DNA of 45,780 nt, taken from Octopus bimaculoides. Lineage: Eukaryota. Below are positions 36,118 to 45,780 of this stretch, in pieces. The stretch spans positions 39,379,258-39,425,037 of the forward strand of contig NC_068993.1 in NCBI RefSeq assembly GCF_001194135.2, read 5' to 3'. A program made the translations under genes and the position numbers. The notes beneath the pieces were generated by a model. That model made no database searches, was not told the DNA's origin, and saw nothing but the letters and a program-made list of their open reading frames with translations. Numbering within the stretch: the first letter of the stretch is position 1; each line of letters opens with the position of its first letter.

Positions 36118-36337
36118 TCCTTTAATATGCAGATTCCTTTGTCAAATATATTCCTTATATATTCACATTGCTTTGAATTAATCACACATTATCTTGTGGC
36201 TTCAAAATTCCAATGGTGTGTTTGTATATATTTAGAATGACATTGTATGGTAGGTGTGAGAGGTTGGATCTGGTCTTTTTTAACATAAAATAGGTAGAAT
36301 ATTTTGGCCAGATATGACTTAATTAAACATTAAAGGG
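36118..36337. mobile_element. 220-bp piggyBac-like MITE
   Basis: TTAA (36114-17) | TCCTTTAAT ... ATTAAAGGG | TTAA (36338-41); TIRs match 8/9. Confidence 0.7.
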
Positions 36338-36584
36338 TTAAATGCAGTGTCTCAAAAGCAGTGTCCCTCAATCCTAATATCAAATAAGCATATCTGGTCA
36401 AGAGGGAGTAAAATATTGTCTTGCTTGGAAATAAGTGAGAGTTGTTGACTGGAAAGACACCCTGTTGTAGAAAATCTGCCTTGTTTAAATTCATGGAGTC
36501 CTTACAAGCATGGAAAAGTGCAGATTAAACTGATGATGATGATATCAGTGTGGAGGAAAGGAAGTGTGAAAGAAAGAGAGAAAA

Positions 36585-36757
36585 GAGATGCATGACTGTG
36601 TGGTAAGAAGGTTGTTTCCCAACCATATGTTTCCATGTTCAGTCCCACTGCATGGAACCATGGAAAAGTGTCTTCTACTACAGCCTTGGGCTGACCAAAG
36701 AGCTTGTGAGTGGATTTGGTTGACAGAAACTGAAAGAAGCCCATTGTATATATATAC

Positions 36758-36851
<94 letters not shown>

Positions 36852-37108
36852 GTATATATATATATATGTATGTATGTATACATATATGTGTGTGTCCTTG
36901 TGTTTTTGTTTGTCCTCACCACCATCACTTGACAGCAGATGTTGGCGTGTTTGTGTCCCTGTGACTTAGCAGTTCAACAAAAGAGACTGATAGAATAAGT
37001 ACTACGCTCACAAAGAATAATTCCTGGGCTCGATTTGTTCAACTAAAACCCCTTAAGGTGGTGCTCCAGCATGACCACGATCAAATGGCTGAAACAAGTG
37101 AAAGAATA
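36585..37108 (+). mobile_element. SINE family B with expanded internal (TA)n
   Basis: Head GTTCAGTCCCACTG, ~170 bp of microsatellite, tail GGTGCTCCAGCATG...GAAACAAGTG. Confidence 0.9.
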
Positions 37109-37224
37109 AAAAATAAACACACACACATATATATCTATATATATATATATACATACATATGTGACAACGTGTGCATTGTTGGCGATTTTCTTTCCCTGTC
37201 TTCCCTTCTTTGGACTTTTCCTAT

Positions 37225-37259
37225 ATTTATGAAGAAGAGCTCCACTCGAAACGTGAAAT
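37225..37259 (+). ncRNA. Degenerate minimal type I hammerhead motif (probably inactive)
   Basis: AUUU-[A]UGAAGA-A-GAG(CUCCA)CUC-GAA-ACGU-G-AAAU. Stems I and II and the palindromic ACGU are intact, but C3 is A and position 17 is G. Confidence 0.45.
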
Positions 37260-37378
37260 CCTCTTTCTTTTATTTCATTTCCTGAGCGTCCAATAACACT
37301 GTACTTATTCCATGTCCTCGTGTTTTTGTTTTTTCGCGTTTTTTCTTGCTTGTTCATGTTTGGATTGACTACATACAT

Positions 37379-37427
<49 letters not shown>

Positions 37428-39356
37428 GATAGATAGAGAGTTATGATACAGAATGTTTTAAAATATTGTTACCCTAACAGATAAATTAAATAAACATTGA
37501 TATGTCAACCAAACACATTGACATATAAGATTTTTTGCTTTTATCTTTATATCATATTTTTGTTGGTTTTTTTCCTTTTTTTTGTAATTTCTCCATTTTT
37601 TCATTATTGAAATTCTTGAAATATTTCTATTGTTGAAATTTACATCATTTTCTATCAGAATTCTTGCATTTCTCTTTTGAGATAATTCCATCCTGCTACC
37701 AAAGCTACAGCATTTTTACTCCTTCTGCTTCTTCATCATCGTTGTTATCATCACCATCATTTTCTTCTTCTGTGTCCTCTTTCTTCTTACTACCTCTTTT
37801 TGCTATCTTCTTCTTACTATTATTATTATCATTATTATTAATATTATTATTATTATTATTTGTATCCCACACCTCCTGCTAGTTCCCCCTCCCCTCCTCC
37901 TTTTTCTTCTCCCTCCTACACTACATTCTTTCTTTATCATTATCTATTCCTTCAATATTTTTATTCCATCATTTTTGTCTTGCATTTAATTTTATTCCAT
38001 CTTTCATTTATTTCTTTCATTTTAATTTGATTTCATTTTCCTGTTTTAATTTTACTTCAGCATCATATTTACAAATTATATATACACACATACATATATA
38101 TGTGCATACGTGTGTGTATGTGCATGTGTGTGTGTGTATGTGCATGTGTGTGTGTTTGTGTGTATTTATATATTTTACATTTTATTTACTTATTTCATTT
38201 AAGTTTTAAAGCTAACTCATTATTTACTATATTGTTATTTTATTTTTCTATTTCTTTGCCCGTTATTATTGTTATTATTATTATTACTGTTGTTATTATT
38301 ATCTTAAAAAGTCCATTTTGAAGTTCCATTCTTAATAGAGAAAAATTATTTCAAAACAATTGCAATTGAGAATGTAAAAGTAAGAAAATATATACAAAAA
38401 ATATCAAAGAAAAAAAAGAAGCAAAGAGACAACATCAAGAATAACACCGCCAATCTTGTCTTTTTTTTCTTCTTTTCTAAATTATATAGTTTATGTATTA
38501 ACATTTTTTAAAAAAATTGAATGCAGATAAGAATATTTAAATAATAAGAAAAATAAATAAGATCACACACTCTCTTTATCTCTCTATCTCTGTCTCCCTC
38601 TCTCTGTTTCTCTCTCTCTCTCAGAATGTTTTGGTGAAAATGCAGTTGTCTTAGAACTGGTGTTACTTGTGGCTGATATCAGATTGTCATTACAAGGATT
38701 CAGAAGAAATACTCATCACAAAATCAAATANNNNNNNNNNNNNNNNNNNNNNNNNNNNNNNNNNNNNNNNNNNNNNNNNNNNNNNNNNNNNNNNNNNNNN
38801 NNNNNNNNNNNNNNNNNNNNNNNNNNNNNNNNNNNNNNNNNNNNNNNNNNNNNNNNNNNNNNNNNNNNNNNNNNNNNNNNNNNNNNNNNNNNNNNNNNNN
38901 NNNNNNNNNNNNNNNNNNNNNNNNNNNNNNNNNNNNNNNNNNNNNNNNNNNNNNNNNNNNNNNNNNNNNNNNNNNNNNNNNNNNNNNNNNNNNNNNNNNN
39001 NNNNNNNNNNNNNNNNNNNNNNNNNNNNNNNNNNNNNNNNNNNNNNNNNNNNNNNNNNNNNNNNNNNNNNNNNNNNNNNNNNNNNNNNNNNNNNNNNNNN
39101 NNNNNNNNNNNNNNNNNNNNNNNNNNNNNNNNNNNNNNNNNNNNNNNNNNNNNNNNNNNNNNNNNNNNNNNNNNNNNNNNNNNNNNNNNNNNNNNNNNNN
39201 NNNNNNNNNNNNNNNNNNNNNNNNNNNNNNNNNNNNNNNNNNNNNNNNNNNNNNNNNNNNNNNNNNNNNNNNNNNNNNNNNNNNNNNNNNNNNNNNNNNN
39301 NNNNNNNNNNNNNNNNNNNNNNNNNNNNNNNNNNNNNNNNNNNNNNNNNNNNNNNN

Positions 39357-39389
<33 letters not shown>

Positions 39390-39402
<13 letters not shown>

Positions 39403-39600
39403 CATGTGTCTGTGTTTGTCTCCCCAATATTTTTTGACAACCGATGCTAATGTGTTTACGTTGCCAATTCGGCAAAAGAGACTGATAGAATAAGTACTAG
39501 GCTTCCAAAGAATAATGTCCTGGAGTCGATTTGCTCGACTAAAGGTGGTGCTCTAGCATGGCCGCAGTCAAATGACTGAAACAAGTAAAAGAATAAAAAG
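39390..39600 (+). mobile_element. SINE family B 3' half
   Basis: GATAGAATAAGTACTAGGC...GGTGCTCTAGCATGGCCGCAGTCAAATGACTGAAACAAGTAAAAG. Confidence 0.9.
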
Positions 39601-39631
39601 AATATACAAGCTGTAAAAATTGTTGTTATGA

Positions 39632-39812
39632 CAGGCATAATGCTTAGTGGCACTTTATCCGTTTATATATCTGATTTCGAATCCCACTGTGGTTGACATT
39701 GCCTTTCATTCTTTCAAGGTTGATAAAACAAGTACCAGTTGATCACTGGGGTCGATGTAACTGACTGAACCCCACCCAAAAAATTGCTGGCCTTGTGCCA
39801 AAATTTGAAGTC
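39632..39812 (+). mobile_element. SINE family A
   Basis: ATGCTTAGTGGC...AAGTACCAGTTG...GGCCTTGTGCCAAAATTTG. Confidence 0.85.
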
Positions 39813-39892
39813 AATATTAAGCAGTATTATACTATATATTATTTCTTATCAATGCACCAATACAAGATAACCTTGTCATTATAATGATTATG

Positions 39893-40316
39893 GGGCAGGC
39901 ATGGCTGTATGTGTGGTTAAAAAGCTCAGGTTGCAACCATGTGATTTTGGATTTGGTCCCACTGCACAGCATCTTGAGTAAGTATCTTCTACTATAGTCT
40001 CAGGCTAGCGAATGTCTTGCAAGTGAATTTGGAAGACAGAAACTTTGTGAAAGCCCATCATGTGTGTGTGTGTATATATACGTGTACATATATATATGTA
40101 TATACACACGTGTGTGTTTGTGCTTGTTCCCTGCCAACCTCTTAACAATTGGTATTGTTTTATTTATGTCCCTCTAACTTAGCAATTTAGCAAAAGTGTT
40201 TGACAGAATGATTACCAAACACCATAAATAGTACTTGAGTTGATCTGTTTGACTAAAAGTCCTCCAAGGTGGTGCCCCAGCATGGCTTCTGTCTGATGAC
40301 AGAGACAAGTAAAAGA
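39893..40316 (+). mobile_element. SINE family B, full length, decayed
   Basis: Colinear with 34704-35106. Confidence 0.85.
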
Positions 40317-40516
40317 AAACCAAAAAAAATTAATAAATAAAATAAAGAAAAATAAAATGCCTTGTGGTGTTTATTTGCACCCAGACAGGGGTTACATTGG
40401 TTGACATTGTATCTCCACAGATGCACTCCAGCGTCAGGCCCTCAGTCATGCTTAGCCCCACTTAACCCTTTTTTTATCACTACATTAATAGCCCCTACTA
40501 TTTTGGCCTGACTGGG

Positions 40517-40649
40517 CTCCCTTGCCGGAGCCTCGTGGAGCTTTAGGTGTTTTCACTCAATAAACACTCACAACACCCGGTCTGGGAATCGAAACCACGA
40601 TCCTATGACTGCAAGTCCGCTGCCCTAACCACTGGGCCATTGCGCCTCC
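40517..40649 (-). mobile_element. SINE family C head
   Basis: rc GGAGGCGCAATGGCCCAGTGGTTAGGGCAG...GGTTTCGATTCCC...AACACCTAAAGCTCCACGAGGCTCCG matches 19472-19600. Confidence 0.9.
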
Positions 40650-40827
40650 TACCTTCTCAGGTAACATTTATCTATGTGCTGAGGTCAGAAATGATGTGAC
40701 GACATTGATTAATGATGGCGATGGTGATCATAACGTTGATGATGATGTTGGTGGAGGTTTTTATTATTATTATTATCATTATTATTATTATTTTTAGTAT
40801 TATTATCATTTAGGCAGCAATTATTCA

Positions 40828-41038
40828 AGTGGCAAGTTGGAAGAATCATTAGCATGTCGGACAAAATGCTTAGTGGCATTTCGTCTGTCTTTACACTCTG
40901 AGTTCAAATTGCCCCGAGGTCGACTTTACTTTACATGCTTTCAGGCTCAGTAAAACAGATAGCAGTTGAGCATTGGGGTCAATCTAATCAACTTCCTCCA
41001 CCCTTCAAAATTGCTGGCCTTGTGCTTATAACAGAAAC
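40828..41038 (+). mobile_element. SINE family A followed by a long (ATT/ATC)n tract to ~41420
   Basis: GGACAAAATGCTTAGTGGCATTTCGTC...GAGTTCAAATTG...GGCCTTGTGC. Confidence 0.9.
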
Positions 41039-41708
41039 TATTATCATTATTATTATCATCATCACTTTCATCATTAATATCATTATTATCACTGTTATTA
41101 TCATTATCATTATTACCATTATGATTATCATCATTATTATTATTATCATTATCATCATCATCTTCATTATTATTATTATTATTGGTGATGTTTTCCTTTA
41201 TGTTATCCTTCTTTTTACTCCCTCATATATTAAAATATTACACATTTTTGTTTTATTTCTTTCAGTTTTTCCATGGAATTTTCTTTTTCTTTCCTAAATT
41301 TCAATTTGTGTTGATCAAAGTTAACCTCCAGCTCCTTCGGTTTCTCATCATCAATATCATCATTTTTATACTGTTATTATCGTTATTATTATTATTATTG
41401 TTGTTGTTGTTGTTACTGCTGCTGTAATCGGTCGTTGTCACAGCATCCTCAATATTATTAATTTTTTTTTTTTATATGTCGATATATAATTAATTATAGA
41501 ATTATTATGAACATTTTAGTTAACAAGATTTTAAAAGTGAAATGAAATAAAACGTTTTATTTTTCAGGTGACAAAATATTTGAATAAAAGTAAATAAAAG
41601 TCTTTTATCTAAATTGATAAAGCTCTGACACATGTACGCATATATTGGCATGAATAAACTCATGCATACATACATCACAGTGAGTTATACATATATACAT
41701 CATAGAGA

Positions 41709-41757
<49 letters not shown>

Positions 41758-41984
41758 ACGTACATATATTTTTGTATGCATGTGTGTATGTATGTGTAAC
41801 TGCATGTATGTGTGCGTGTATGTATATTCATGTGATGTGTGTCTGTGAATGTGTGTGGATATGTGTTTGTGCATGTATGTATATATGTATGTGTGTATAT
41901 ACACACATGTACATATATAAATATATTCATGAGTCTGTGTATAAATACACATGTAATATATATATATATACACACACACACAAA

Positions 41985-42027
<43 letters not shown>

Positions 42028-42386
42028 NNNNNNNNNNNNNNNNNNNNNNNNNNNNNNNNNNNNNNNNNNNNNNNNNNNNNNNNNNNNNNNNNNNNNNNNN
42101 NNNNNNNNNNNNNNNNNNNNNNNNNNNNNNNNNNNNNNNNNNNNNNNNNNNNNNNNNNNNNNNNNNNNNNNNNNNNNNNNNNNNNNNNNNNNNNNNNNNN
42201 NNNNNNNNNNNNNNNNNNNNNNNNNNNNNNNNNNNNNNNNNNNNNNNNNNNNNNNNNNNNNNNNNNNNNNNNNNNNNNNNNNNNNNNNNNNNNNNNNNNN
42301 NNNNNNNNNNNNNNNNNNNNNNNNNNNNNNNNNNNNNNNNNNNNNNNNNNNNNNNNNNNNNNNNNNNNNNNNNNNNNNNNNNNNNN

Positions 42387-42430
<44 letters not shown>

Positions 42431-42439
42431 TATTTGTAG

Positions 42440-42487
42440 GGATGATGATAGAATGATAGCAGAGCAAATAAAAAAGCTGACACTTAG
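42440..42487 (+). CDS. Candidate 48-nt symmetric coding exon
   Basis: TATTTGTAG|G GAT GAT GAT AGA ATG ATA GCA GAG CAA ATA AAA AAG CTG ACA CTT AG|GTGAGC gives (R)DDDRMIAEQIKKLTL(R), phase 2 to 2. Confidence 0.35.
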
Positions 42488-42915
42488 GTGAGCTACTGGT
42501 TATTTGTTATGTTATTGTTTTAGCTGGTATCAGCTATAGCTTTTCTTTTAGTTGTTCACTATATTGCTGTTGTTAAAAATTGTTGGTTTTTGTTTATGAA
42601 GCATGGTATAGCATGGAAGTGAATCTCATTTAATTTTCATCTTGACTAGTATTTCAAATTGGGCACTGAAATAGCTCTTACATGTAATGAGTGAAGCGGA
42701 GCGTTGAACATGAACAAAAGAGCAGTTTAATAAGAGGAATTTCATCTTAAAGGTGAATATTACAAGTGGAGGGGAAACAGAGGAAAGATTTTGGCTTTTA
42801 TTTATGCTTTAGTAAATGCTTAGAAAGTTGTATACATAATCATATACACATGCTTGAACACAAAAACAATATAAAATACACACACACACGTATGGATGTG
42901 TATGTGTGTGTGTGT

Positions 42916-42967
<52 letters not shown>

Positions 42968-42984
42968 GCGTATATATGTGTGTG

Positions 42985-43021
<37 letters not shown>

Positions 43022-43547
43022 TATAAATGTGTATATATGTGTGTGCGTGTATAATATATNNNNNNNNNNNNNNNNNNNNNNNNNNNNNNNNNNNNNNNNN
43101 NNNNNNNNNNNNNNNNNNNNNNNNNNNNNNNNNNNNNNNNNNNNNNNNNNNNNNNNNNNNNNNNNNNNNNNNNNNNNNNNNNNNNNNNNNNNNNNNNNNN
43201 NNNNNNNNNNNNNNNNNNNNNNNNNNNNNNNNNNNNNNNNNNNNNNNNNNNNNNNNNNNNNNNNNNNNNNNNNNNNNNNNNNNNNNNNNNNNNNNNNNNN
43301 NNNNNNNNNNNNNNNNNNNNNNNNNNNNNNNNNNNNNNNNNNNNNNNNNNNNNNNNNNNNNNNNNNNNNNNNNNNNNNNNNNNNNNNNNNNNNNNNNNNN
43401 NNNNNNNNNNNNNNNNNNNNNNNNNNNNNNNNNNNNNNNNNNNNNNNNNNNNNNNNNNNNNNNNNNNNNNNNNNNNNNNNNNNNNNNNNNNNNNNNNNNN
43501 NNNNNNNNNNNNNNNNNNNNNNNNNNNNNNNNNNNNNNNNATAAATG

Positions 43548-43582
<35 letters not shown>

Positions 43583-43583
43583 G

Positions 43584-43620
<37 letters not shown>

Positions 43621-43625
43621 GTATA

Positions 43626-43661
<36 letters not shown>

Positions 43662-44083
43662 AATGTGTGTGTATGCATATGTGTATACATATGCATGCGT
43701 TTGAGTGTGTGTGTGCTATTTGTTTGTATGTGTGTTTTTGCATCTAGGTTTCTTTATAAGTATGGAACAGCTTTTCTTTTAAAAATATATTATTGAAATG
43801 AAGTCTGTGTTTCAAGCTTTAGCGTATTTTGCTTATTTTTCCTCATTATAATTTTATAAAAGATGCTGTGATACCTCACTAATCATCTTTGTGTTTTATT
43901 GGGGACAATCATAATTTGTAAGGTCTAGCCACAGATTTCTAAGACCTTGTTGAGTTAGAGAGGAGTAACCATCATCTCCATACTGTTATATATATAAATG
44001 CATGTGATTATTTTCTGTTTTGTGTGTGTGTGTGTGATGTGTGTGTGTGTGATGTGTGTGTGTGTGCGTATAGATATATTGCC

Positions 44084-44390
44084 TATTCTTTTATTTGTTT
44101 CAGTCATTTGACTGTGGCCATGCTGGAGCACCGCCTTTAGTCGAACAAATCGACCCCAAGGCTTATTCTTTGTAAGCCTAGTACTTATTCTATCGGTGTC
44201 TTTTGTTGAACTGCTAAGTTATGGGGATGCAAACACACCAACATCGGTTGTCAAGCGATGGTGGTGAGACAAACACAGACACACAAACAAACAAACACAC
44301 ATACATATACACGACAGGCTTCTTTCAGTTTCCTCTACCAAATCCACTCACAAGGCTTCGGTTGGCTCGTGGAGTGGGACTGAATCTGGG
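44084..44390 (-). mobile_element. SINE family B
   Basis: TTGTTTCAGTCATTTGACTGTGGCCATGCTGGAGCACCGCC...CAAATCCACTCACAAGGC. Confidence 0.9.
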
Positions 44391-44511
44391 TGCTGAAGAA
44401 CTATAGTTAGGTCATTAGTTCAATTCTCAGACTGGTTGCAGTTTTATTGAGCAAGACACATTATTTGATGCTGCCCCCTGTACATTCTATCAACGTTAAA
44501 AGTTTAAATAT

Positions 44512-44957
44512 TTAAATTCAAATTACGATGAACGTAAACAAACAAACGAAGTTTGCTTTTAGAAGTGTTGAGATGTCTTAGAAAGTTAAAGTGATTTTAA
44601 ATTTTCAAACGCAGGATAATGCTCATAATATAGCCTGAACAGGATAAACTACCCCTATTTTGCAGAAAAAAGTGTAGGCGGCCAGCTATGAAACTCAAAT
44701 TCACACCTCCGTGATTACGTGTCGCGGTGCTCTTAGACTGATTAAGCTAAACTGCCCCACCACAAGTTTTTCTGCAAATTTAAGATGTATAGAAATCTCG
44801 CTTTATGCAACACTATCATATGTTAAATTCAAATTACGATAAATGTAAACAAACGAAGTTTACTTTTAGAAGCATTGAGATGTCTTAGAAAGTTAAAGAA
44901 GTGTTTTTAAATTCAACAAACGCAGGATAATGCAAATAATATAGCCTGAACAGGATA
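44512..44957. repeat. 135-bp direct repeat pair (44512-44646 and 44823-44957), offset 311 bp
   Basis: TTAAATTCAAATTACGAT...GAGATGTCTTAGAAAGTTAAAG...TAATATAGCCTGAACAGGATA occurs twice with scattered differences. Confidence 0.85.
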
Positions 44958-44961
44958 TGAG

Positions 44962-45378
44962 CTGGTCCTTCTCTATGAATCAGGGACCTGGACCTTATCA
45001 GCTCTCTTAGAAACAGAACTAGGTGGAACATATCCCAACTGCTCAGAAAGATACAGAACATCAGTTGGAGATCACACCCAACACTTAGTAACATCTATGG
45101 AAATCTGGTTCCAATATCCCTTAAGCTAGAGCAGAAATGGTTACAGTTTGCAGGCCCCTGTCATCGAGCAGAAAAAGAGGTTGTCTTATCCCTGCTCCTA
45201 TGGCATCCCTCTGGAAGTGTTTACTCCAGGAAGCTGACATTTCCAGATCCTATATCTCAGGGTTCAGGACTGAATATTAGAGATCTTAACACAGCAGGGC
45301 AAGACCGTGTAGTGTGGAAAGGGATTGTCAATGGAGTTCTGACAAACCATAGTTTGGTCGAAGGAGGATGATGATGAT
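44962..45378 (+). mobile_element. 5'-truncated RTE-clade LINE 3' end
   Basis: Reads LVLLYESGTWTLS...[fs]LLRKIQNISWRSHPTLSNIYGNL...KWLQFAGPCHRAEKEVV..LLLWHP...DRVVWKGIV...* (stop 45369-71), matching the RTE pattern LLYGSETWTL / RMLR.I..I.W / RL.FAGH..R / DR..W. A (GAT)n tail follows. Confidence 0.85.
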
Positions 45379-45550
45379 TGAATATAAGTACCAGTGGACT
45401 GGCATCCTCTCAACCTTAATGCTTTGAAAATCCTGATAAACTCTGGCTTCTTGAGCCTGTAGTCACAGGCACACAATATGTGCAAGCATGTGTACATATA
45501 TTCATACATTTGTGTATTCATTTTACAAATTTTTTTTCCACCACACCCTT

Positions 45551-45780
45551 ACTCTTTTACTCTTTTACTTGTTTCAGTCTTTTGACTGTGGCCATGCTGG
45601 AGCACTGCCTTTTAGTTGAGCAATTCGACCCCAGGACTTATTCTTTGGAAGCCTAGTACTTATTGTATCGATCTCTTTTGCCAAACCACTAAGTTATGGG
45701 GACGTAAATACACCAGCATCGGTTGTCAAGCGATGTTGGGGGGGGGACAAACACAGACACACAAACACATACACACATAC
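45551..45780 (-). mobile_element. SINE family B 3' half (runs off the window)
   Basis: CTCTTTTACTTGTTTCAGTC..GACTGTGGCCATGCTGGAGC...GGTTGTCAAGCGATG. Confidence 0.9.

Overview
AT-rich eukaryotic non-coding DNA, probably intronic or intergenic. About 20 N-gaps almost all abut (TA)n/(TG)n microsatellites. The SINE repertoire strongly resembles that of Octopus (cephalopod) genomes; this is an inference from recalled repeat sequences, not a database hit. No intact protein-coding gene is supported: nearly all ORF-track entries are N-runs, microsatellite translations or antisense reads of repeats. The window holds dozens of copies of six dispersed SINE-like families (labelled A-F here). It also holds decayed coding remnants of a Helitron Rep-helicase (2933-3533), a mariner transposase (29813-30735), a Penelope-like GIY-YIG C-terminus (30737-30880) and an RTE-clade LINE 3' end (44962-45378). 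Other elements are two TTAA-flanked 220-bp piggyBac derivatives, a hAT end, a foldback element, a 34-bp minisatellite and a long inverted duplication. The most interesting signal is a complete minimal type I hammerhead ribozyme motif (28991-29068, minus strand) in Penelope-like sequence, with a second degenerate one at 37225-37259. A few + strand microexon candidates suggest a host gene with large introns, but it cannot be identified. I found no convincing evidence of a wholly new biological system. SINE boundaries are approximate (+/-10-20 bp).
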